Position numbers and translations under genes: made by a program. Shown here piece after piece: positions 20,723 to 28,773 of a DNA stretch of 64,000 nucleotides (the first letter of the stretch is position 1; the number at the start of each line of letters is the position of its first letter). This stretch comes from Fibrobacterota bacterium (lineage in GTDB: Bacteria > Fibrobacterota > Fibrobacteria > UBA11236), in NCBI GenBank assembly GCA_019509785.1, contig JAEKLQ010000032.1:11229-75228 (forward strand), given 5' to 3'. Under the pieces are notes generated by a model. It was not told the origin of the DNA, made no database searches, and saw only the letters and a program-made list of their open reading frames with translations.

Positions 20723-21822
20723 CGGAATGCGGAAAAGAATCGTTCCCACCGCCCGGCTACCAAGGCTTTGACCCGGGATTCCAAAGGATGCAGATCATTC
20801 GTCCGGTAGGATTTTACGGTAGCCAGGTAGCCCTCCAGGAACGGGCCGGCCGCGCCGAAGGGCCCGTACCCCAAGGCCCCGTACATCCGCTCCAGCTCGC
20901 GCAAGGGATCGGCCGCCAGATCCTCGTAGCGCATCTCATGCAGCCGCCCCGGCGGGATCAGGTTCCGGTCCGCCAGATAGGCGTCGTTCACGGTCTCGTA
21001 CCGTTGCAGGATGTCCTCGTCCACTTCGGCGGGATCCGGGCTCTGGAGGTACATGTAGGGGAACAGGGTCGCGATGGTATGCCGCGAGCTCTTGAACACG
21101 GCGTAGGGGTCCCGCACGATATGCACGAAACGGGCATCGGGAAAGAGCTCCAGCAGAAGCGGGATGCGGGCCGTATGGGCCGGGGACTTGAACGCCAGGG
21201 TCCTGGCCCCATGGCGCCAAGCCAGCTTGCGGGCGAAGCGGCCGAAGGCGTCCTGCCATTCCTTCGCGGCGCCGGCCTCGGCCTCCTTGAAGGTGAGGTA
21301 ACGCGCATAATACCTCCGGTTCGCGGGGAAGCTCACCCCGCAGTAGGGGGAGCGGCCGGTCATCAGGGCCATGGCGAACTCGTCCTCCGCGGGGGAGCCG
21401 GCGGAAAGGGCCATGCCGTCCATCGGACGGGTCTTGGGGATGAAGAACCTCAGGATGGGAGCCAACCATCCTTCCGTGAGGAGGAAGGTTTCCGGGCTCA
21501 TGACTTGGAGCGTGTTGGGGCAGGCGAAGCGGTCCCGGTCCGATGCCAAGAGGTATTGCAGATGGGTCGTGCCCGCGCGCCAATGGCCCAAGACGAAAAG
21601 GGGCGGCTTCGGGGCCGGAGTCGATGCCACCTTAGCAGCGTACAACCCGCGCTCCACGCGGGAGACCAAGCTGTTAACGAGGGCGGCCGAGGTTACCGCC
21701 GCGGCGCGGTGCCAGTAACGCGGCTCCACCTTCCATCGGTTCTCCTTGAGCAGCCGCAACCACGCGCGGAAACCTATCCCGTACAAGTAATTATTCGCGA
21801 GACTTATCTTTCTGCTATCCAC
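20710..21822 (-). CDS. PAPS-dependent sulfotransferase family protein
   Basis: GHWRAGTTHL 5'-PSB loop, KSPAHT, HIVRDPYAVFKS and RYEDL. Confidence 0.9.
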   Translation of the reverse strand: MDSRKISLANNYLYGIGFRAWLRLLKENRWKVEPRYWHRAAAVTSAALVNSLVSRVERGLYAAKVASTPAPKPPLFVLGHWRAGTTHLQYLLASDRDRFACPNTLQVMSPETFLLTEGWLAPILRFFIPKTRPMDGMALSAGSPAEDEFAMALMTGRSPYCGVSFPANRRYYARYLTFKEAEAGAAKEWQDAFGRFARKLAWRHGARTLAFKSPAHTARIPLLLELFPDARFVHIVRDPYAVFKSSRHTIATLFPYMYLQSPDPAEVDEDILQRYETVNDAYLADRNLIPPGRLHEMRYEDLAADPLRELERMYGALGYGPFGAAGPFLEGYLATVKSYRTNDLHPLESRVKALVAGRWERFFSAFRYPS

Positions 21823-21857
21823 CAGCGCCTTCCAACTTGATCCGTAAGGGAATATCC

Positions 21858-22658
21858 ATGAAGAAACTCCTGCTTCCAGCCGTCCTTCTTTGCCTCGCGG
21901 CTTTCACCGGCTGCAAGGACTACCATTATGTAAAAGTCGCCCAGGTGTTGCCCGTGGGCAAAACGTCCGGTCTCACGCCGGATGAACGGCAGGCGGACTC
22001 GCTGATGAAAGCGCTGGTCTCCAACCAGGCGGCCGTGGATCGCTTCCAGAAGATGTTCAAGTGCGCGGTCCTCGAGATCATCGATTTCGACAGTCTCACC
22101 TTCACGGTAAAGATAAACGCGGATTCCGCCGGCGCCGGTCACGCCAAGGCGGAATATTCCCTGGGAACGGATCCGGCCGCCAAGCCCGATCTGGTCTTGC
22201 CTATTTACCGCAAGAACCTGTCCAACCTCCTCCAGATCTTCGCCGACAATACCGTATCCGATGAAGAGGCGTACCGCATCCACCGGGCCGTCTTCGGATC
22301 TTCCCTGAGGTCCCTCTTCCAAGTGCCCGCCCTGTACGATCCGAAGATCGCCAAGCATCTGGCGCTGCCCAACTTCATCCAGATGACCCTGAAGAACGAG
22401 GGGAATTATGAATTCATGGGATCCAAGAAAGAAGCCGTGGTGACCATCGTCAACGTGGACGGCCAGTGGCTGGTGACGCAGGGCGCCTACGGCGATCCGG
22501 AAGTGAAGTGGGCCGTTACCCCCAAGCAGTTGGCGGATTTCACCCGCCTGGTATTCGAGCCCGGCAAGGGCGCCGCCACCTCCATGAGCGCCGCCCGGGC
22601 CCGCCTCAAGGAGATCAAGGCCTTCATTGACGGCATCACGGTTTATCGTCGGGGCTGA
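21858..22658 (+). CDS. Lipoprotein, possibly with SCP2-like lipid-binding domains
   Basis: MKKLLLPAVLLCLAAFTG-C lipobox; AAGGGA RBS. The fold assignment is inference. Confidence 0.7.
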   Translation: MKKLLLPAVLLCLAAFTGCKDYHYVKVAQVLPVGKTSGLTPDERQADSLMKALVSNQAAVDRFQKMFKCAVLEIIDFDSLTFTVKINADSAGAGHAKAEYSLGTDPAAKPDLVLPIYRKNLSNLLQIFADNTVSDEEAYRIHRAVFGSSLRSLFQVPALYDPKIAKHLALPNFIQMTLKNEGNYEFMGSKKEAVVTIVNVDGQWLVTQGAYGDPEVKWAVTPKQLADFTRLVFEPGKGAATSMSAARARLKEIKAFIDGITVYRRG

Positions 22659-22664
22659 TGTCCG

Positions 22665-23351
22665 TTGGCCGAATTCCTCGTATACCTGAACCGGGTCGTC
22701 TGGTCCCTGGCCGGTTTCCCGGTCATGGCCTGGCTGTGGTACCGGCACGGCGGGGCCAGTGTTCCCTTGGCCGCCATCGTGCTCGGCATCCCGCTGGTCT
22801 TCGGCTATCTCATACCCGGATTGGCCATCCTGTGGCTGCGCCTCTGGGAGATCAACTCCAGGTTTTCCTATAAAGGCATCCAGATCCACCAAGGCTTCAT
22901 CTATGCCTCGGGCCTGTCCCTGGACGCTTACGCCGCCCACCATGTGCGCTTCGCCTCCCCCTGGGCCACCGTGATCGTGTCTTGCCTGCTCACGGGGTGC
23001 ATCGTCGGCTTCACGGGATGGTTCATCGATATCGCCGGGGTCAAGGCGGGCCGTATCCGCATCGATAATCCCCCCGCCCGGGCGGGCCGCGACCCGGCCA
23101 CCATCGTGACCTATTACGCTCCCGCGTGCTATTTCACCCTGGGCTTCTGCTACATGTTGGCGGTCCATTTGGTTTGGGCCTTCCTGGGCCCGGCCGCCCC
23201 GGGACTACCGGGTAACCTTCGAGATACGGTAACTCCCGGGTCACCATCGGCCTTTGCCATAGCCGCGTTGTACGCCGCAGGCTTTCTCCTCACCGCCGCT
23301 CCCGCCGGCGCGCTCTACCTTTACCTGCAAAAGAAGGGCCGGTCGGTTTGA
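22665..23351 (+). CDS. Integral membrane protein
   Basis: About six hydrophobic segments; TTG start; sits within the operon. Confidence 0.65.
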   Translation: MAEFLVYLNRVVWSLAGFPVMAWLWYRHGGASVPLAAIVLGIPLVFGYLIPGLAILWLRLWEINSRFSYKGIQIHQGFIYASGLSLDAYAAHHVRFASPWATVIVSCLLTGCIVGFTGWFIDIAGVKAGRIRIDNPPARAGRDPATIVTYYAPACYFTLGFCYMLAVHLVWAFLGPAAPGLPGNLRDTVTPGSPSAFAIAALYAAGFLLTAAPAGALYLYLQKKGRSV

Positions 23352-24715
23352 CGCCGGCATCCACAGGATTCGCGTCCTCCTTAGGCTTCATGCTCGATCC
23401 CCTGGGGCGGGGCGCAGGCTTACGGCGTCGCGGCCGCCTGGTCCGCCTGGCCAAGGCCACCGGAGGCATGATCCTGGTTTTCGATCCCGCCGACGTGGAC
23501 GAGCTCCTATCCCGTCCGGATACGTTCGCCCGCTGGGAACGGGACACCGCCCCCGTCCGTTTCCCCACGGACTCGGCCTCTTCGCGCCTCATCTCGGGCC
23601 TACTGGCCATGCAGAACGGCGCTAAGCATCGGGAATTGCGGAGGCAGCTCGCTCCGGCCTTCGATCATAGTCGCCTTAAACATTACTTCGCGCTTTCACG
23701 TTCCGGCATCGCCGCTTTCGTGGAACGCCTTGAGGCATCGGGAACGGTCCAGGATCTCAACGGGATCTGCCATGCCCTGGCGATGAACACCGCCTTGCTC
23801 ACCTTGTTCGGCGCGTATCCGGGCGAGGAGTCCCGCGCCTTAGCCGATGACTTCCGCGCTTGGATGAACGCGGCCTTCTCGCCTTGGACCTTGCTGCTCC
23901 GCTTCGATGCGCCGGGCACTTCCTTTGGCCGTTTCCTAAGGCACGGCGAAAGCCTGGAAAAGCGCTTGATCGCGCTCTTTTGCAACCGCCCGGAAGCCCA
24001 AGGGGCCTTGGTCCAGGTGGTATTCGGGCCCGATTGGGACCGGCAGGTCACCGAGGCGGAGTTGGTCAGCCGCGCCGCGGGCTATTTCCAAGCCAGCTAT
24101 GAAACTACGGCCAATACCCTGGTCTGGACTTTGATCCTGCTGAACCTCCATCCCGAAGCGGCCCGCGCATCGAGGGAGGAAATCCGCGCCGTGATCGGCG
24201 AAGGCGAAATCGAATATGCGCATCTCCAGGCCCTGCCGTACCTACGCGCCGCGGTGCTGGAGAGCATGCGCCTGTTGCCGCCGGTTCTGCTTTTCCCCCG
24301 CATCGCGGTGCAGGAGCTCGCCTTGGGCGGCGTGGAAATCCCGAAGGGCGCCCGGCTCGCGTACGGACCGGCCTTGACACATCGCCTTCCGGACGTATTC
24401 GAGGATCCCTTGGCCTTCAGGCCCGAGCGGTTCCTGGGACCGGGCCCCCGCCCGGAGGGCTTCCTGTCCTTCGGGGGCGGGCCGCGCCGATGCCCCGGGG
24501 AGCAATTCGCTTTGAACGAAGTGCTGCTGATCCTGGCCGCTTGGCTGAGGCGGGGCTTTCCCCGCATCGAGACAGGCACTCATGTGAAATGCCATGGCTT
24601 GGTGGCCCATACTCCGGTCCGACCCGTGCCCTTCCGCAACATCCCCTGGTCCGAAGTTCCGGGGAAGCCTCCGCGTTTGCAAGGCAAGGTCTTCGCCGGG
24701 ATCAAGCATGCTTAA
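23348..24715 (+). CDS. Cytochrome P450
   Basis: ASYETT I-helix, ESMR (ExxR), FRPERF and FGGGPRRCPG heme motif. Confidence 0.95.
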   Translation: MTPASTGFASSLGFMLDPLGRGAGLRRRGRLVRLAKATGGMILVFDPADVDELLSRPDTFARWERDTAPVRFPTDSASSRLISGLLAMQNGAKHRELRRQLAPAFDHSRLKHYFALSRSGIAAFVERLEASGTVQDLNGICHALAMNTALLTLFGAYPGEESRALADDFRAWMNAAFSPWTLLLRFDAPGTSFGRFLRHGESLEKRLIALFCNRPEAQGALVQVVFGPDWDRQVTEAELVSRAAGYFQASYETTANTLVWTLILLNLHPEAARASREEIRAVIGEGEIEYAHLQALPYLRAAVLESMRLLPPVLLFPRIAVQELALGGVEIPKGARLAYGPALTHRLPDVFEDPLAFRPERFLGPGPRPEGFLSFGGGPRRCPGEQFALNEVLLILAAWLRRGFPRIETGTHVKCHGLVAHTPVRPVPFRNIPWSEVPGKPPRLQGKVFAGIKHA

Positions 24716-25583
24716 GCCGCCCGGCCTTCTCTTCCTTGGCTTCGCGGCTGCCCTTCTGGCGGCCCTGCACGCCGGCGCCTTCGCCGCATTCTTCCATTTC
24801 GAAGCCGGGTTCTTCCTGGCCGCATTGCTCCTATGGCAGGCCACCGGCATACTGGGCGTCTCCGTCGGTTACCATCGCTTACTTAACCACCGCAGCTTCG
24901 AGTGCCCGCGTCCTATCAAATGGGTCTTGCTGTTCCTGGCCGGACTGGCGGGCCAATTGGGTCCCATCCGCTGGGTGCGCGTGCACCGTTTCCACCATGC
25001 CCACAGCGATACGGATCTGGATCCGCATACGCCCCGCCGCGGTTTCTGGTTCGCGCATCTGGCCTGGCTGTTCCAGGCAGGCCGCCGCGGGAATGAACCG
25101 GCGCTTCAGGAGCCTCCGGCCGATCTACTGGCCGATCCGGACTGCCGCTTTTTCGAACGGGCCTATCCCTTCCTGTTCTACGGCTCGCTCGCCGCCATCG
25201 GGTGGGGGTGGGGTTGGGCCGGCTTCCTCTGGCTCGGGACCTTCCGCTTGGCGGTTACCTTGCATAGCATCCTGAGCATCAACTCGGTCGGGCACGTCTT
25301 CGGCCGACGCGATTTCGACCTGCCGGACGACAGCCGGAACCTCCGCCTCTGGGCCGCCTTCACCGGCGGCGAAGCGCTCCACAACAACCACCATGCCCAT
25401 CCCCGCAGCGCCCGCTTCGCCTGCCGCCCCTGGGAACCGGACGCCGGATGGTTGGCCATCCGATCCCTGGCCGCCTTAGGACTGGCCTGGAACGTCCGCT
25501 ATTACGATCCCGTTACCGGCAGCCTGGCCATCCTCCGCCCCCGACCGCAATCGATCCCGCTTCCCTCGCCGGCCGGAACCTAA
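24708..25583 (+). CDS. Acyl-CoA/acyl-lipid delta-9-type desaturase
   Basis: GYHRLLNH, HRFHHAHSDT..DPH and GEALHNNHH. Confidence 0.93.
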   Translation: MLKPPGLLFLGFAAALLAALHAGAFAAFFHFEAGFFLAALLLWQATGILGVSVGYHRLLNHRSFECPRPIKWVLLFLAGLAGQLGPIRWVRVHRFHHAHSDTDLDPHTPRRGFWFAHLAWLFQAGRRGNEPALQEPPADLLADPDCRFFERAYPFLFYGSLAAIGWGWGWAGFLWLGTFRLAVTLHSILSINSVGHVFGRRDFDLPDDSRNLRLWAAFTGGEALHNNHHAHPRSARFACRPWEPDAGWLAIRSLAALGLAWNVRYYDPVTGSLAILRPRPQSIPLPSPAGT

Positions 25584-25743
25584 ACCTCGGCGCCGCTTCC
25601 TCACGATAGGCGCCTCTCACTGCGACCCACCCAAATCCCCATCGACCCAACGCGCCCGGCGGACAGTCCGCGCGTCCGCCGTTGACACCGCTCAAGTCTT
25701 TCGCCGCCAAGGTTGGGGAAGGATTGGCAAAGGTGGCGGAGCG

Positions 25744-25939
25744 GGCCGGGGCGGGGCTCCGGGCCGGCGAATTAAAGCGGGCGGGCCATTCCGCGTCGTG
25801 GATAACCAAGTCTATGGGCAGTCCGCATGCGCGCTCTAAGCCCCGAAGAAGGATATGCGGACGTCCAGACGCGGAATGGCCCATCAGACCAATTCCACGA
25901 CCCGCTTTGTCTGAGCCGGCCCGGAGCCCCGCCCCGGCC
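25744..25939. ncRNA. Unknown ~195-nt nested-hairpin element, copy 1 (structured RNA or ssDNA repeat)
   Basis: Perfect 25-bp IR 25744-25768/25915-25939; 8-bp 25774-25781/25901-25908; 15-bp 25783-25797/25868-25882; 8-bp 25821-25828/25855-25862. Related copy at 44555-44742. Confidence 0.55.
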
Positions 25940-25972
25940 AGACCCACCCCCAAATTGCTATCCTTCCCGACC

Positions 25973-26233
25973 ATGACATTCGAGGAAATGGTACAGCTAG
26001 CCAAAGAGCGCAAGCGCGATATGCCCGCCGGCAAAAGCACCACCGCGCTCTTCGAAAAAGGCGCCCATGCCATCGGAAAGAAGCTGGTGGAAGAGGCGGC
26101 CGAAGCCTGGATGGCCGCCCGCTTCGAAGGCCGGGAGGCCGCCTCCCTCGAATTGTCCCAAGTGCTTTATTACGTCGCCTGCATGATGGCGGAACAGGGC
26201 TTGACCCTGGAAGAGGTATACGCCAAGCTATGA
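25973..26233 (+). CDS. hisE: Phosphoribosyl-ATP pyrophosphatase
   Basis: IGKKLVEEAAE..MAA and ELSQVLYY motifs; ATGA overlap with hisG. Confidence 0.92.
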   Translation: MTFEEMVQLAKERKRDMPAGKSTTALFEKGAHAIGKKLVEEAAEAWMAARFEGREAASLELSQVLYYVACMMAEQGLTLEEVYAKL

Positions 26234-27066
26234 TCAAGGTCGCTTTGCCGAACAAGGGCCAGCTTTTCGAGCCCACCATGGACATCCTCGCGGCCTGCGG
26301 CTATCGTGTCAGCAAGTCCTTGCGCTCCCTGTCCACCCTGGACTCGGATAACCATGTCGAATTCTATTTCCTGCGCCCTGGGGACATCCCTCTCTATGTC
26401 GCCAACGGCATGCTCGATGCCGGCGTCACCGGCAAGGACTTCGTGGCGGAAAAGGGCGTCGCGCCCAACTGCCTCATCGATCTCAACTTCGGCGCCTCCA
26501 AGCTATGCGCCGCCGTTCCCGAGAACCATCCCGCGAAGTCCCTGGCCGATCTGAAAGGCATGCGCATCGCCACTTCCTTCCCGCGCATCGTTTCCGCCCA
26601 GCTTCCGGGGTGCCCTCTGATCGAACTGGAAGGCGCGGTCGAGATTTCCATCAAGCTCGGCATCGCCGACGCCATCGTGGATATCGTGGAGACCGGCACT
26701 ACCTTGAAGCAGGCCGGGCTCCGTATCATCGGCGAGCCCTTGTTCCAATCCCGCGCGGCGCTCTTCGCCCATCCCGGCCGCGAAGTCCAGGAAGAAGTAA
26801 CCATCCTCCGGAGCCGCATCGAAGGCAAGCTCCTGGCCCTGGAGTACATGATGGTCGAATACGATGCGCCGGATGCCTTGCTCAAGGCGGCCTGCGCCAT
26901 CACCCCCGGCATCGAATCCCCCACCGTGATGTCCTTACAGGAAACCGGTTGGTTCGCTGTGAAATCCATGATCCGGAAGAAGGAAAGCCAGCGGATCATG
27001 GACAGCCTATCCAAGCTGGGCTGCAAGGGGATCATCCTCACCGCCATCGACAGCGTTCGCATCTAA
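26230..27066 (+). CDS. hisG: ATP phosphoribosyltransferase (long form)
   Basis: ALPNKG, GVTGKD, GAVE, DIVETGTTL and C-terminal PGIESPTV regulatory domain. Confidence 0.96.
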   Translation: MIKVALPNKGQLFEPTMDILAACGYRVSKSLRSLSTLDSDNHVEFYFLRPGDIPLYVANGMLDAGVTGKDFVAEKGVAPNCLIDLNFGASKLCAAVPENHPAKSLADLKGMRIATSFPRIVSAQLPGCPLIELEGAVEISIKLGIADAIVDIVETGTTLKQAGLRIIGEPLFQSRAALFAHPGREVQEEVTILRSRIEGKLLALEYMMVEYDAPDALLKAACAITPGIESPTVMSLQETGWFAVKSMIRKKESQRIMDSLSKLGCKGIILTAIDSVRI

Positions 27067-27093
27067 CCGCGGTGGGCGCCCGCGAGAGCCCCT

Positions 27094-28440
27094 TCAAGGC
27101 GTTACGGTCAAGGTGACCGGCACGACGTAGGGGCTGGCCTGCGCGGGATCATCGTGCAAGAGCCTGATCTCTCCCTGGTAGGTACCGGGAGCCATCCGAT
27201 AGGTCCAGATGTTCATGTTCAAGGCCCGCGTCGCGCCCGCGCCCACGGTAAAGATATCGGTGCCCGGGTACGGGTAGGTTCCGTTGGTCGTCATCCACGA
27301 CGTTTGCGTTCCCAGGTAATCCAGGGCGTTGGCGACCAGCCGGGGAACGTCGCCGCTCCAGTTCTGATCGCCGGGATGGAAATTCAGAAGCGCCAAGGGA
27401 TACTGGATGTTGACGGCTCCGGTTATGTACCCGTTCGCGTAGTTGCCGAGGGACACGGAAGAGTTGTCCTGTACCCTATAGGTCGCCATCGCGGAGGCGG
27501 CCCAGAAGGAACTCACCCCGGCATTGATGGGATGATCCGCGAGAGTTCCGCTCTGTCCGGCGAACGCCGTTTGATATTGCTGGATCGTGGTGAAATTCTG
27601 GATGAGGCCGCCCAGGCGCGCAGGGTTATCGCTGAGCGCTTGCGAGAAGTACACCATCCTGCCTCCGCTCAGAAGGTACGCGGCGAGGGAATCCCCGGTA
27701 GCCACGGGATCGGCCCAAGCCCCGCCGGCCTCGACCATCACTACGTCGAACCGGTTCAGATAGGCCAGGGTCGGAACACCGGCGCTTCCATCGAACACGT
27801 CCAAGGTGTCCACGTTGGAGAAGGTACGGACCGCATCGATGAATTGGCCGTATCCCTCCGGGGTCGGCGTCTGCACGAAGGCCACTTTCCAGCCCGCGGC
27901 CGGGCGTGGCAGAACCGGACCGGTGAAATCGACGATCGCTTCGAGACGATCCCCGCCGGAGTTCGCGATCTGAAGCGAAGCGGTCCCTTGCGTTCCCGCG
28001 GCCTGGGTCAGCCGCAAGCTCGTTGGGGAAACGCTCATGGTGGGAGGGACCACGCCGGTGCCGTTCAAGGACACACAAGCGGGCTTCGATCCGGAGTTGG
28101 AGTAAAGGCAGGCCGAGCCGGCGACGGACCCCGGGGACTTAGGGCGCAGACGGAATTCCAGCCAGGCCGAGGTTTGCCCCGTTAGGTTCACGGGAACCGG
28201 GCTGGAGGTCCGGAAGACCGGTTTCGAGACGGTGATTTTGGTGATCGTGATCGCGCGTTCGCACGCGTTCCGGACTTGCAGGTATCCGAGACCTTCATTG
28301 CCTATCCAAACGCCGCCGAAGTCCACGGACTGGGAAACGACTTCCAAGCAGTCGTGGTTTTGGGCCGAAGCCGTAAAAGGGATCGCGAGCAGACCGGCGA
28401 CAAAGCCGGCGCGGATGCGGCTGGGAAACGTTTTGTGCAT
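27094..28440 (-). CDS. Secreted Ig-like (choice-of-anchor D/ASH-like) domain protein with inserted alpha/beta module, paralog A
   Basis: Signal peptide; VDFGGV...N...L.GTG Ig pattern; clear similarity to the two neighbouring paralogs. Confidence 0.75.
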   Translation of the reverse strand: MHKTFPSRIRAGFVAGLLAIPFTASAQNHDCLEVVSQSVDFGGVWIGNEGLGYLQVRNACERAITITKITVSKPVFRTSSPVPVNLTGQTSAWLEFRLRPKSPGSVAGSACLYSNSGSKPACVSLNGTGVVPPTMSVSPTSLRLTQAAGTQGTASLQIANSGGDRLEAIVDFTGPVLPRPAAGWKVAFVQTPTPEGYGQFIDAVRTFSNVDTLDVFDGSAGVPTLAYLNRFDVVMVEAGGAWADPVATGDSLAAYLLSGGRMVYFSQALSDNPARLGGLIQNFTTIQQYQTAFAGQSGTLADHPINAGVSSFWAASAMATYRVQDNSSVSLGNYANGYITGAVNIQYPLALLNFHPGDQNWSGDVPRLVANALDYLGTQTSWMTTNGTYPYPGTDIFTVGAGATRALNMNIWTYRMAPGTYQGEIRLLHDDPAQASPYVVPVTLTVTP

Positions 28441-28657
28441 GGAGGATTCCTTTCCGATCAGGATGAGGCGCGGAACCGTGCAGCGGAAAACAGCACGGCG
28501 GGCCGCGCATCAAGGAAAAAATCCTTCCCCGAGGCATGGCACTATCCGCGCGGGCCTGCAAATCCCGGAAGCTTCCGTTCCGCCGCCACTGAATTCCGGG
28601 TGTTTAGCGGGATGCTGCAAATCCGGGAGGATGCGCGTCTAAAAGGGGGGATCGCAT

Positions 28658-28677
28658 AGGTAACACTCAAGTTACCT
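28658..28677. promoter_or_regulatory. Palindromic putative operator upstream of paralog A
   Basis: AGGTAAC-N6-GTTACCT. Confidence 0.35.
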
Positions 28678-28710
28678 GTCCGGGTTCCCCGCCTGCGAAG
28701 GCCATGGAAC

Positions 28711-28741
28711 GGAAAGGCCCGCCCGGAGGGACCGGACGGGC
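28711..28741 (-). terminator. Putative rho-independent terminator (near-identical to 33967-33991)
   Basis: GCCCGcCCGG...CCGGaCGGGC hairpin with an A-tract to its left (U-tract on the minus strand), 33 nt after the stop of paralog B. Confidence 0.6.
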
Positions 28742-28773
28742 ATACTTCGGAACGGGATCCGCTATGCGGAAGA

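Noticed and set aside
10573..25583. Ladderane, aryl polyene, hopanoid or RiPP cluster
   Set aside because: No ACP or ketosynthase, no squalene-hopene cyclase, no SPASM/RRE domains and no evident precursor peptide.
25744..25939. Integron attC site, his attenuator or 6S RNA
   Set aside because: No AAC/GTT R boxes and no His-rich leader peptide. The loops are one-sided rather than a central symmetric bubble, and a second copy exists elsewhere. 6S cannot be formally excluded without cmscan.
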